NCBI GenBank assembly: GCA_004431415.1
Contig: QPMI01000175.1
Span: 1-64,000 of the forward strand
Direction: 5' to 3'
Length of the DNA stretch: 64,000 bases
DNA from: Cyanophora paradoxa CCMP329
Lineage: Eukaryota > Plantae > Glaucophyta
The notes beneath the pieces were generated by a model. The model had not been told where the DNA came from, did not search any database, and was given only the letters and a program-made list of their open reading frames with translations. Made by a program: the position numbers and the translations under genes. Below, in pieces: positions 1-11,042 of the stretch; position 1 is the first letter of the stretch; each line of letters opens with the position of its first letter.

Positions 1-2590
1 GGCAAACGTACGACGTCAACGGCAAGGCCCAGGCGCTGGCCCGCGTGCCGCCACGTTCGCTGCAAGAATCTCCTCGTCTGCATCGGCGATGACCCGTGCG
101 ACGGGTTCCTGCGGCCTCCAATCGCGCCCTCCAAGGTCAGCCTGGCGGCGACGCTCGCGGAAATTCTGGACGACGTGCGTGAGCGGAGGATGCGCGCGGC
201 GGCGTTCCGGGGCGTCGATCCCGCCGCGCTGCTCACGCCGATGGAGCGCGCGTTTGCGGAGATGGCGGCGCTGCCGACGGCGGTTCGCCGTTACGGATTG
301 GAGCGCCCCGAGGCGGCGGCCGACGCCAAGTTTCGCGCCATGGGAATTCGTCAACGGGCTGGAGCTCGCGGGGGCCGTTCTGACGGGGCCTCAGTGGAAG
401 GAGGTGGCGAATCAGCTCAAGGGCGTGCAGGCCGCGGCGGCGGAGAAGCTGCTGGTGATGCCCATCGTCCTGGCCCCGTCCCTGCACCATTCGCCAGGGG
501 GAAGATCGAGCGCGCGATGCGCACGGGGCGCGCCGTCTCCCGCCCCGTCGCCTCCGAGCAGCTCGGCCCCTCGGGGGTGCCGCTCGGAGCGCACGGCCGC
601 GCCGTCTGCGTGACCACCTACGACATGCTGGCCGTGCAGCGGGCGATCTGCGCGCGCCGCCACCGCCTGGAGGCCTGCGCCGTCGGCCCCGGCGACGCGG
701 CCGACTCGGTCTCCCTCGCCCGAACAAGCTCTGGCGCGTGTGCAAGGCGTTTGCGCGCACCGTGCTGCCGCTGCGCGCGAGCTCGGGGTCCACGCGGAGC
801 GCGCGGGCCGCATCATCAATCCGCTGCACGAGGACGCCCACCACGCGGTGCGGAGCGCGATCCGGTACATCGCGACGCTCGCCGAGGCGAGCGGCGTGCG
901 GCTCCTCGAGACCGTCCTCTCTTCGTGCGATCGAGGCCTCTTTGGGCGGCTCTTCGACCCGAAGCTCCCACCCGCGCAGCTCGAAGCAATCGCGGCGCTG
1001 CTGGTGGGGGAGGCGCCCCTCTTCGGCCCGGCGTGCGACGCGCGCCGGCGGATCGTGATCGGCGCGCGGTACCTGGCAGAGGGGCTCCCGGACGGGCACC
1101 CCGAGGTGCGGGCGTACTGCGAGGTGGGGCTGCCCCGCGGCGCCAAGGTGCCGAGCCTCGAAGACAAGATTCGAGGGTACGTCGTGGACCTCGCCAAGGG
1201 GGCGGCGGCCAAGATGGGACTGCGCCTGGGGGCCATCGCCAAGGATGGGCGGACGGTGCGGCGCAAGGCCAAGGGGGCGGGGGCGGCCGCGGGGGCGGGA
1301 TCCGGAGGCGGCGCCGGCGACGGGCCCCAGCGAACGACGCAGAGGGCCGCCGAAGCGAACCCGGACGCCGGCTGGATGGGACTCTGCCCCGTAACGATGG
1401 CCTTTGCCACCGCCTACGCCGTCAAGTACCGCTTTGCCGAGGGCAACTACCGGAGGGCCGTGCACGCCGACGCGGCGCCCGCCGCCACGGCCGCCGCCGG
1501 GGGCGAAGCCGGCGCCGGCGCCGGCGCCGGCGATCGCGACGACGCCTGCGACTCGGACGACGAATCCGAGGTCGATCCGGGCCCCGAAGTCGAGATCGCA
1601 AACGACGAGGACGACGGCCAGGACGGCGGCTCCGAGGGCGACGAAGAAGGATACGTGGAGGGAGACGCGTACCGCGCTGCGGCGAACGCGCTGCGGGCCC
1701 GGATTCCCGCGGCCGGGCAGCTAGCGCTGCAGCTCGAATCTCGGGACGCGCGCGGCGTCGCTGGCGGCGCCGCGCGCATGGAGATCGGCGATGCGGCGGG
1801 CTCCAAGGGGCCTTGGGTCGCCGACGCCGTGCTGCACTACGGGACGGCCAACCTGACGGCCGTCTGCAACGCCGCGATTCGCGAGAGCGCCCGCCCCGAG
1901 AGCAAACGGAAACCCCTCTCCGCCGTCTTTGGCGAGCGGCACCCGCACTGTGGTGCGGGCCGGCGGTCCAGGCGCTGTCCCCGAGGGGGACGCGAACCGG
2001 CTCGCCGAGGCGCTGCGCGCGCTGCGCGGAAACGAGGCGGCCCTCTGCGAGGCGGCGCGGCGCGCTCACGGGGCGCTGCTGAACGCCATCTCGACCCACG
2101 CGGCGGACGCGGACCGGCGCCACGCCGAGACGTCGCCCGCGGTCTCGACGCAGGCGATGCGGTTCGCTGCTGCCGCGCTCTCGGGGCGCGCGCACCAGGT
2201 CCTGGAGCACCCGTCGGCAGGCGAGTCGGACGTGGCGTGGTTCCTCCGCGGCTCGCCGACGCCGCCGCGAGCGGGCGGCGCCCCGCGGATGCTGCGGCAA
2301 CGGGGGCCGCGAGTACGCGTTTTTCGAGGTCGGCTCGATCTTGTGGGGCCTGTGCGCGGCTTCCCTCGTCGGGAGCCCGTGATACGCAGGGGCAAGGGAA
2401 ACGGCCTGCGCGTCGTGGCGGACTGGGTGGCGGGGCGCTCCCTGCCGAGATGCAGCTCGTGGATCGCGATCGCCTGCAGCTCTCAAAGGACCGCGGGCCC
2501 AAGTACGACATCCGCTGGCACGTCGGCGTCAAGGGCGCGTGGGTGCCGCGCGACCTCTTTGCTGCGCTGGGCGTCGGCGTTTCCTTTTGA
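1..2590 (+). pseudogene. Large intronless ORF of unknown function, broken by several frameshifts (5' end outside the window)
   Basis: Protein-like text switches frame near ~335, ~490, ~725-780, ~1945 and ~2440: ...FVNGLELAGAVLTGPQWKEVANQLK / FARGKIERAMRTGRAV / ELGVHAERAGRIINPLHEDAHHAVRSAIRYIA...acidic tract... / NRLAEALRALRGNEAALCEAARR / EMQLVDRDRLQLSKDRGPKYDIRWHVGVKGAWVPRDLFAALGVGVSF*. TGA at 2588-2590. The breaks could be decay or sequencing indels. Confidence 0.5.
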
Positions 2591-2907
2591 GTGCCACGCC
2601 GGATTATAATTACCATCGCAAACTGCGCGGACCTTTGAGATCTGTACCGATTTATATATAGATATATAGATTTCGATCTCGAGTACTAGCTATGGCTATA
2701 GTACACGTGACCTGAACGCGCACGCGCGCGTATGTACGTAGCTGTGCCCATGGCCATGGTCGCGTGCATCCTCTTCGAATGCTGTAATACTCTATGTATA
2801 TACGTACGTGTGCGTGTAATTATAAGGTATCGGTATCGATATCCATATCGATATATATCCGACCAAATCAACCAAATCGAAGCGTTGCAATTGCGGTCCT
2901 TGAGCGC

Positions 2908-3262
2908 GGCGCTGGCGATATGTAGCAGACGCCGTCACGTTGCAGCTGGTATATACAAGTACAGAGGTCCGCGGTACAGAAGTGCCTGATAGGTAGTATA
3001 ATACTACGCGGGTCATGCATTTCATTTGTGCACGTGTGGATTCAATGATTGTATCGACTCGAATGGTAATTGTGCTGGGCGCTGGCATCTATATATACAA
3101 AGCGCACGCCGTCACGTTGCAGCTGCAGCTGGTATACAAGTTCAGAGGTCCGCGGTACAGAAGTGCCTGATAGGTAATACATCATATTACTACACGAGTC
3201 ATCATGGCATGCGTGGATTGTGTCGACTCTAATATTAATATACATTGTGGTGGGCGCCGGCG
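2908..3262. repeat. Diverged ~177-bp tandem duplication downstream of Rep
   Basis: ACGCCGTCACGTTGCAGCTG...CAGAGGTCCGCGGTACAGAAGTGCCTGATAGGTA occurs at 2929 and 3106. Confidence 0.8.
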
Positions 3263-3515
3263 GGCCGGGGGTACGTTTACATGGTTGTGCTCTTCACGCG
3301 CTCAATTTGCATCAGTACGCAGCCTTATGCCTCGATCGCGACTCGCTATATAGTGCTTCGCAGCGCATTCCGTTTAAATCCGTCAGGCCCATGCCATGCA
3401 TATGGCCAGTCGCAGGTTGATCGCAAATCATCGAGTCATCAAATTAAATTTAAAGGTGCGCAGTTGCACGTGCGCATACGTACTACGGTATACGTATACA
3501 CGCGTTTTAGACAGC

Positions 3516-3521
3516 TTTATT
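3516..3521 (-). terminator. AATAAA polyadenylation signal overlapping the Rep stop codon
   Basis: The minus strand reads TGAATAAAG, a compact stop/poly(A) overlap common in small DNA viruses. Confidence 0.5.
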
Positions 3522-4336
3522 CAGACAACAAAGGCACACGATGTAACCCTGCGCTCAAACGCTGCGTATCGCTCCGGCGGGATATTCAGGTACCAGGACC
3601 GCGGCTCCACGTTGCTCGTGATGTAGATCGCTGTGCTGTTAAATTCCACGAATCCTCCTTTGATGGGAACCTTGTGCGGATAGCGGTCGCATAGCTGTAG
3701 CATTTCCGTGAACGGAATGTAGCCGTCGTAATCATCGATAAGAACGATAGGTTGATTCTCGTAGCCGTCCCACCATGGTCCCTCGGGCTTTTTGTAGATT
3801 TCAGAATTCCCGTACGAATCGTAGATAAATCGGGTCTTTCCTGTTCCAGGCGGTCCCCACCGAATGTGGATTTCCGTTGGGCGAGTGCGAGGCGGCTGCG
3901 AAAATGCGACAATGTCGCGGATCCCGCTTCGGTACCGGCAGTACAGATCGGGGTACTCGAGGGCGACCTCGGAGATTTTTCGTTTCTCGCTCTTGATTTC
4001 GTGGACGAGCTGCGCGAGATCCGTCCTCTCCCCTTGTTTCTTTGGCTCTCCGAACTCGAACGGTCCGTCTACGTGCGTTGCATCGTTCTTCTTACAGTAG
4101 GCAATCGCATCTTGCTGCCGGCCCTTGCGCGGCTCCCAGTGTATAGTGGGGAGGCGTTTCCTCAGCTCGGACTCGCGCTTGGCCTTTGAGAACTCGACGT
4201 AACCTTGGAGGTGGGGCGTTCCGGATGCGCCGACCTCCTCGCTGTAAACGAGGTACGTCGCGTCGGTGAAGTCGCTCAAAGTTAGACGCCTCTGCGGATT
4301 GTTCCACGTGAAGCAAAAGTTGCGATGGCGCGACAT
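3521..4336 (-). CDS. rep: CRESS-DNA-virus (circovirus-like) replication initiator protein, HUH endonuclease + SF3 helicase, 271 aa
   Basis: Starts MSRHRNFCFTWNNP. Motifs: RCR I FTWNN, II PHLQG, III YCKK, GERTDL linker, Walker A GPPGTGKT, WWDGY, Walker B IDDY, motif C ITSN, Arg finger AFERRV. The ORF is uninterrupted and intronless. Confidence 0.97.
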   Translation of the reverse strand: MSRHRNFCFTWNNPQRRLTLSDFTDATYLVYSEEVGASGTPHLQGYVEFSKAKRESELRKRLPTIHWEPRKGRQQDAIAYCKKNDATHVDGPFEFGEPKKQGERTDLAQLVHEIKSEKRKISEVALEYPDLYCRYRSGIRDIVAFSQPPRTRPTEIHIRWGPPGTGKTRFIYDSYGNSEIYKKPEGPWWDGYENQPIVLIDDYDGYIPFTEMLQLCDRYPHKVPIKGGFVEFNSTAIYITSNVEPRSWYLNIPPERYAAFERRVTSCAFVV

Positions 4337-4422
4337 CGAAACTCGAAACGCGCCGCAGACCGTCGGACGTGACGGGCGCCAAATGAAACCCCAAAGAATT
4401 GTTATGGGGGAGGGATGGGGGC

Positions 4423-5680
4423 CTTGAGCGGAGCCTGGACGTAAATGGGAAACGCAGTACCCCCGGGGCGGGCGAGCTGAGCTTGGCCAGAGGGAGAGAC
4501 GGGGCGAAGGGGGGCTTGAGCGGAGCCTGGACGTAAATGTGAAACGCAGTACCCCCCCAATGGCCTGGCCGATGGCCAGGCGGGCAGCTGAGCCTACGCT
4601 TGGCCGGAAGGAGAGGAGGGGGGGGGGGGGAGGGGCGGGGGGAAGGCGGGGGGCGGAGGGGGCGGGCGGAGGGGCGGGCGGAGGGGCGGGCGGAGGGGGC
4701 GGGCGGAGGGGGCGGGCGGAGGGGGCGGGGGCCAGGGCGGCGGACGGGGCGGGGGCCAGGGCGGCGGCGGGGGATCTTTGCAGCTCTACGGTCACAATAT
4801 GAACGCTGATAACATCAATGCCCCCGTTGACGTTTTGAGTCTCTCTTTGCGATCGCAGCCATCTGGATCTGGCGCTGGTAAATAAAGCAGATGGCCGTGG
4901 GGGGGCCCTTGAGCGGAGCCTGGACGTAAATGGGAAACGCAGTACCCCCAGGGGGGCGAGCTGAGCTTGGCCGGAGGGAGAGAGGAGAGAGAGAGAGAGA
5001 GGGCAGCTTTGAGCAAAGCCTGGACGTAAATGGGAAACGCAGTACCCCCCAGGGGGGCGAGCTGAGCTTGGCCGGAGGGAGAGAGGAGAGAGAGAGAGAG
5101 AGAGGGCAGCTTTGAGCAAAGCCTGGACGTAAATGGGAAACGCAGTACCCCCAGGGGGGCGAGCAGAGCTTGGCCGGAGGGAGAGAGGAGAGAAGAGAGA
5201 GAGAGGGCAGCTTTGAGCAAAGCCTGGACGTAAATGGGAAACGCAGTACCCCCCAGGGGGGCGAGCTGAGCTTGGCCGGAGGGAGAGAGGAGAGAGAGAG
5301 AGAGAGGGCAGCTTTGAGCAAAGCCTGGACGTAAATGGGAAACGCAGTACCCCCCAGGGGGGCGAGCTGAGCTTGGCCGGAGGGAGAGAGGAGAGAGAGA
5401 GAGAGAGGGCAGCTGCAGCTTTGAGCGAAGCCTGGACGTAAATGGGAAACGCAGTACCCCCCAGGGGGGCGAGCTGAGCTTGGCCGGAGGGAGAGAGGGA
5501 GGAGGGAGCCCCTTGAGCGAAGCCTGGACGTAAATGGGAAACGCAGTACCCCCAGGGGGGCGAGCTGAGCGTGGCCGGAGGGAGAGAGGGAGGAGGAGCC
5601 CCTTGAGCGAAGCCTGGATGTAAATGGGAAACGCAGTACCCCCAGGGGGCAAGCTGAGCGTGGCCGGAGGGAGCGACGGG
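4423..5680 (+). repeat. Module 1, A-array: 10 copies of core CCTGGACGTAAATGGGAAACGCAGTACCCC in ~90-108-bp units
   Basis: Cores start at 4434, 4526, 4919, 5019, 5122, 5223, 5324, 5431, 5523 and 5613. Units carry GCGAGCTGAGCTTGGCCGGAGG and (GA)n linkers. The first core is ~100 bp upstream of the Rep ATG. Confidence 0.95.
4618..4772 (+). repeat. G-rich (GGAGGGGCGGGC)n tract with G-quadruplex potential
   Basis: Many G3-G12 runs between A-array cores 2 and 3. Confidence 0.7.
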
Positions 5681-5684
5681 AGGA

Positions 5685-5722
<38 letters not shown>

Positions 5723-5725
<3 letters not shown>

Positions 5726-6080
5726 AGAAATGCAGGACCCCAGGCGATCTCCCCCCTCCCTCTCCTCCTCCCATCAGCCAAACGGAGCACATGATCGGCG
5801 ATAGTCATTATGAGCAATATTAATATTACCTGCAGAACTGAATGCGTATGGTCCCAACCTAGAATGCCTCATGATCATCTTATCTAGAACTTCCAGCTTC
5901 TGAGCCTCACGATGCGCATCTAGATTTAAATTAGCCCCTCTTTCTCCTATGATCCGTCTCTCGCTTTTCCTGCTTGGAATGTCTTTCTTGAAGTTTCAAG
6001 CTCATGATCGATTTCGATATATATTGCCGCTGTCCAAAGTCGAATCTTTTGTTGTAAAAACAAACTTCTGGCAACTCTCC
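5723..6080 (+). promoter_or_regulatory. Conserved AT-richer spacer of the module, containing TAATATTAC (5821-5829); candidate origin / nick region
   Basis: The same spacer recurs inverted at ~10100-10460 (TAATATTAC at 10353-10361, minus) and ~22035-22355 (CAATATTAC at 22252-22260, minus). No convincing stem flanks the nonamer. Confidence 0.45.
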
Positions 6081-6502
6081 TCTGCAGAGAGGAGGGCCCC
6101 GGGGTACAGCGTTTCCCATTATCGTCCAGGGCTCCCCTATGGCGGGCGGGGGGCGCTCCGGATCCGCAGAGAGGAGGGCCCCGGGGTACAGCGTTTCCCA
6201 TTATCGTCCAGGGCTCCCCTATGGCGGGCGGGGGGCGCTCCGGATCCGCAGAGAGGAGGGCCCCGGGGTACAGCGTTTCCCATTATCGTCCAGGGCTCCC
6301 CTATGGCGGGCCGGGAGCGCTCCGGATCCGCAGAGAGGAGGGCCCCGGGGTACAGCGTTTCCCATTATCGTCCAGGGCTCCCTATGGCGGGCGGGGGGCG
6401 CTCCGGATCCGCAGAGAGGAGGGCCCCGGGGTACAGCGTTTCCCATTATCGTCCAGGCCTCCCCTATGGCGGGGGCGCCTCCGCAGAGAGGAGGGCCCCG
6501 GG
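6081..6502 (-). repeat. Module 1, B-array: 5 x 82-bp units with the core in inverted orientation (CCTGGACGATAATGGGAAACGCTGTACCCC on minus)
   Basis: GGGGTACAGCGTTTCCCATTATCGTCCAGG at 6101, 6183, 6265, 6347 and 6428. Its reverse complement matches the A core at 27/30 positions. Confidence 0.95.
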
Positions 6503-6947
6503 CTTTCACGCGGGCCTTCCGAATCGCTTTATATATATTATATGGTTTGATAGGCGTGCCCGTCGCCAGCCATGTATATATCATAGTATTCAAACTAGGC
6601 CTCGAGCTCTTTATATCATACCGTCGGACCTATTTACAGCAAACGTGGGAGAGGACCCTGCGAGCGCACCTATGTCTAGCTCTGCTGTGCGATGTCGTGT
6701 CGAGGCCTCGGTTCCTATCGAAACGGGCGTGAGACGCGGAGAGGTATGGGGGGCGCGAGGAGGGGCGCCGGCGGGCAGGGTGGGGCAGGGAGGGGGTGGG
6801 GGAGGGGCGAGGAGAGGGGGGAAGGAAGGTCAGAGGGAAAGGGGGGCGGGGAGAGAGAGGGGAGGGGGGCGGGAGGCCCTAGGGGGGGCGGAGAGGGGAG
6901 GGAGGAAAGGGGGAAAGGGGAGGGAGAGGGTGTCGGACCTCGAGCTC

Positions 6948-7250
6948 GGGCCCCTACCGCGCGCCTGGCGGGTTCCGGCCGGCGAGAGGCGTACCCCCCG
7001 CTCCCCGTCGTTTCTGCCGGCCGGCGTCGGGACGGGGGACGGGGCGAGGGGGGGGGAAGAGGGCGCGGGGCGGGCCCCTACCGCGCGCCTGGCGGGTTCC
7101 GGCCAGCGAGAGGCGTACCCCCCGCTCCCCGTCGTTTCTGCCGGCCGGCGTCGGGACGGGGGACGGGGCGAGGGGGGGGGAAGAGGGCGCGGGGCGGGCC
7201 CCTACCGCGCGCCTGGCGGGTTCCGGCCAGCGTGAAGCGTACCCCCTCTC
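6948..7250 (+). repeat. ~124-bp tandem repeat (~2.4 copies)
   Basis: GGGCCCCTACCGCGCGCCTGGCGGGTTCCGGCC recurs at ~6948, ~7072 and ~7196. Confidence 0.85.
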
Positions 7251-8850
7251 TTCCCGTCCGGCGCAGCTGCAGAGCCTCGTCGAAAGCGCCGCGCGGCGAG
7301 CTCGAAAGAGACGGGGGGGGGAAACGGTATCGGACCGGCGGAGCGAGGACACTCGAAGAGGCGGCGGGGCGACCTCGCCGGAGCCCGGGCGGTCGCTCCC
7401 TGGACGGGCCGGACGGGGCCGATCGGCGAGGTCGCCCGGCGCCGCGCCTCGGCTCGCTCGGCCGGCTCGCCGGCCGCCGCCGCGCGGCGCGGGCTGATAC
7501 GCGGGGCGCGCGCGCGCGGTCGGCGAGTCGGCGGCGGGCTTTGGGGCGCGGGCGGGGTCGTACCGAGCGCAGAAGCCCCGCGCCTCGCGGCGAAATCAAG
7601 CGTGGCATCCGCTCGCGCCCCGCGGGCCGCGGGATCTCCTGCGCCGGCGAGGTCGGCGCCTGCGGCGGGTCCGCCGATCAGATCGTACGTATACGCCGCG
7701 AAGCCCCGAATTGGGGGGCCGCACCGGCAGCCTCGATTGCAACCTATGTGCGACCTGCTCCCCGTTCGAGGGCGCGCGACGGGCTGCCTGCGCGCGAGCC
7801 CGACCTGGGTGAAAGGCGCCGTTAACGTTGCTGCGACCGGATCGGAGCGGCGGCCGGGGCGACCGAGCGGCCCGGGCGGGCGGAAACCGCAGAAAACGCC
7901 CGGAAAGGATGCGCGCTGCGCGTTGGTCACACCCTACCGGCTGGCGGTGCCGGCGATAGCTCTGTAGCTAGCGGTGCTGTACATGTCGGGCGAGGCGAAC
8001 CGCACGCGAGCCGCGCGGTCTCGGCGCAATCGGACCGGCGTGGGCGAGCTCGAGCCTGCCTCTGCGTCCCGGGACCGCCGCAAGAGTCCAGAGGCAGGAA
8101 GCCGGCGAGAGAGGCCGAGGTCGGGCCGCGCACGCGTACCCGCAGTCGGCTCCGACCCCGGCCTGCGCCGGGGCCGACCTACGTATACCGGACGACTGGA
8201 TCTGGGCGCAGCAGCCGCACGAGCTCGCCGGCGGCTCGAGCGAGCTCCCGGAGCGCCGCGCCGCCTGGTCTCGCCGCGCGGCGGCGCTCGATTGCGCGAT
8301 TCTGGGCCTGCGGGCGAGACAGGCAAGACGGACGACATCAAGGGGCAGCCGCCGCATCGGCGACCTCCCCGAGCGCACCGTAGCTCTCCTAGCGCCCCGC
8401 AGCCGCGCCGCGACCGCGGCCGGACGCGCTTCCTCGCGCCCGCGCAGCGCTCTAGATCTGCTCCCGAGCCCCGGAGCGCCGAGGCGCCGATGGAGGTCGG
8501 ATCGGGTCATCTCGCGCCTCTGGCGCCTCGTGCGTGGCGGAGCGCGTGGAACGACCGCCCGCGCCGGTCGGCCGCCCTTGCAATTGCCTCTAGATCTAGA
8601 TCTCCGCAGCGCCGCGCGCGGCGCTCCGAGCTCTGCGAGGTGCGCCGGCCCCCGGCCTCGCTCCTTCTCTCCTGGGATCTTACTCGGCTTGGCGGGGTGG
8701 CAGCGAGCAGAGGGCGGGCGGCGGAACGTGGTGGGAGCGTCTCGCTGCAGGTGGCTCTCCACGGGCGAGGCCCGCCTTGGCCCGCCGTCTAGCGTTCCCT
8801 CGCCTTGCGCCCACGCTTGACCTCGGTGCGTTGTAGGTGGCGTCGACGGT

Positions 8851-9622
8851 GAGCTGGCCGGATCCCGCCACCTCGAGCGAACCCGGGCGGTGCGCCCCGT
8901 CCCCGCGCGCCCCCGCCCCGTGTTCTAGATCGGGCGCGGGCGCGTTCAGAGGGGGGTACGGGGCGAGCTGACCGGATCCCGCCACCTCGAGCGAACCCGG
9001 GCGGTGCGCCCCGTCCCCGCGCGCCCCCGCCCCGTGTTCTAAATCGGGCGCGGGCGCGTTCAGAGGGGGGTACGGGGCGAGCTGGCCGGATCCCGCCACC
9101 TCGAGCGATACCAGAAGGCACGCCCCCGGCCCCCGCGCCCCGGCCCGTGTTCTAAATCGGGCGCGGGCGCGTTCAGAGGGGGGTACGGGGCGAGCTGGCC
9201 GGATCCCGCCACCTCGAGCGATACCAGAAGGCACGCCCCCGGCCCCCGCGCCCCGGCCCGTGTTCTAAATCGGGCGCGGGCGCGTTCAGAGGGGGGTACG
9301 GGGCGAGCTGGCCGGATCCCGCCACCTCGAGCGATACCAGAAGGCACGCCCCCGGCCCCCGCGCCCCGGCCCGTGTTCTAAATCGGGCGCGGGCGCGTTC
9401 AGAGGGGGGTATGGGGCGAGCTGGCCGGATCCCGCCACCTCGAGCGATACCAGAAGGCACGCCCCCGGCCCCCGCGCCCCGGCCCGTGTTCTAAATCGGG
9501 CGCGGGCGCGTTCAGAGGGGGGTACGGGGCGAGCTGGCCGGATCCCGCCACCTCGAGCGATACCATGCGCTCGAGGTTCGCCCCCGGCCCCCGCGCCCCG
9601 GCCCGTGTTCTAAATCGGGCGC
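8851..9622 (+). repeat. 113-bp minisatellite (~7 copies), cut by module 2
   Basis: GAGCTGGCCGGATCCCGCCACCTCGAGCGA...GTGTTCTAAATCGGGCGCGGGCGCGTTCAGAGGGGGGTAC recurs at ~8851, 8964, 9079, 9192, 9305, 9418 and 9530. The last unit stops at TAAATCGGGCGC, immediately before module 2. Confidence 0.92.
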
Positions 9623-9628
9623 AGAGGA

Positions 9629-10476
9629 CGACGGTATGATATAAAGAGCTCGAGGCCTAGGTTGCATACTATGATATCGATATATACACGACTGGCGACG
9701 GGCACGCCTATCAAACCATATAATATATATAAAGCGACTCGGATGGCCCGCGTGAAAGCCCGGGGCCCTCCTCTCTGCGGAGGCGCCCCCGCCATATATA
9801 GGGGAGCCCTGGACGATAATGGGAAACGCTGTACCCCGGGGCCCTCCTCTCTGCGGATCCGGAGCGCCCCCCGCCCGCCATAGGGGAGCCCTGGACGATA
9901 ATGGGAAACGCTGTACCCCGGGGCCCTCCTCTCTGCGGATCCGGAGCGCCCCCCGCCCGCCATAGGGGAGCCCTGGACGATAATGGGAAACGCTGTACCC
10001 GGGGCCCTCCTCTCTGCGGATCCGGAGCGCCCCCGCCCGCCATAGGGGAGCCCAGGACGATAATGGGAAACGTTGTACCCCGGGGCCCTCCTCTCGGCAG
10101 AGGAGAGTTGCCAGAAGTTTGTTTTAACAACAAAAGATTCGACTTTGGACAGCGGCAATATATATCGAAATCGATCATGAGCTTGAAACTTCAAGAAAGA
10201 CATTCCAAGCAGGAAAAGCGAGAGACGGATCATAGGAGAAAGAGGGGCTAATTTAAATCTAGATGCGCATCGTGAGGCTCAGAAGCTGAAAGTTCTAGAT
10301 AAGATGATCATGAGGCATTCTAGGTTGGGACCATACGCATTCAGTTCTGCAGGTAATATTAATATTGCTCATAATGACTATCGCCGATCATGTGCTCCGT
10401 TTGGCTGATGGGAGGAGGAGAGGGAGGGGGAGATCGCCTGGGGTCCTGCATTTCTCTGCCCCCGCCCCCCCCCCCG

Positions 10477-10520
<44 letters not shown>

Positions 10521-11042
10521 CTCCCCCTCCCGTCACTCCCTCCGCCCACGCTCAGCCTGCCCCCTGGGGTACTGCGTTTCCCATTTACATCCAGGCTTCG
10601 CTCAAGGGGCTCCTCCTCCCTCTCTCCCTCCGGCCAAGCTCAGCTCCGAGGCTCGCCCCCTGGGGGTACTGCGTTTCCCATTTACGTCCAGGCTTTGCTC
10701 AAAGCTGCCCTCTCTCTCTCTCTCTCTCCTCTCTCCCTCCGGCCAAGCTCAGCTCGCCCCCCTGGGGTACTGCGTTTCCCATTTACGTCCAGGCTTTGCT
10801 CAAAGCTGCCCTCTCTCTCCCTCTCTCTCCTCTCGCCCTCCGGCCAAGCTCAGCTCGCCCCCCTGGGGGGTACTGCGTTTCCCATTTACGTCCAGGCTTC
10901 GCTCAAGGGGCTCCTCCTCCCTCTCTCCCTCCGGCCACGCCCAGCTCGCCCCCCTGGGGGGTACTGCGTTTCCCATTTACGTCCAGGCTTTGCTCAAAGC
11001 TGCCCTCTCTCTCTCTCTCCTCTCTCCCTCTGGCCAAGCTCA
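9629..11042 (-). repeat. Module 2: inverted copy of module 1 (tail, 4 B cores, spacer, poly-C, 5 A cores)
   Basis: Reverse complement of ~5270-6626. B cores at 9808, 9890, 9972 and 10052; A cores at 10566, 10663, 10764, 10867 and 10958. Confidence 0.95.

Noticed and set aside
2993-3190. Small hairpins GTAGTA-TAA-TACTAC and GTAATA-CATCA-TATTAC as the Rep origin
   Set aside because: The nonamer matches are imperfect (TAGTATTAT, TCATATTAC) and lie in the stem rather than the loop. The region is full of short palindromes.
3521-4336. Helitron or Replitron transposase
   Set aside because: The protein has a circovirus-type SF3 helicase. Helitrons have PIF1/SF1 helicases and Replitrons have none. 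No Helitron 3' hairpin-CTRR end was identified.
4337-5119. 532-aa extended Rep from the ORF track
   Set aside because: The extension is translated repeat and G-tract from a non-ATG start. The ATG at 4336 lies six codons before motif I, as expected for a CRESS Rep.
5931-6201. Small protein encoded in the module spacer
   Set aside because: The reading frame is not preserved between modules 1/2 and module 3 because of frame-changing indels.
4423-6502. CRISPR array (30-bp repeats at regular spacing)
   Set aside because: The sequences between cores are near-identical rather than unique spacers, there are no cas genes, and the context is eukaryotic.
2600-9628. CRESS capsid gene / complete integrated circovirus genome
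   Set aside because: No ORF of capsid-like composition flanks Rep. The Arg-rich ORFs at 6-9 kb are low-complexity GC artefacts.
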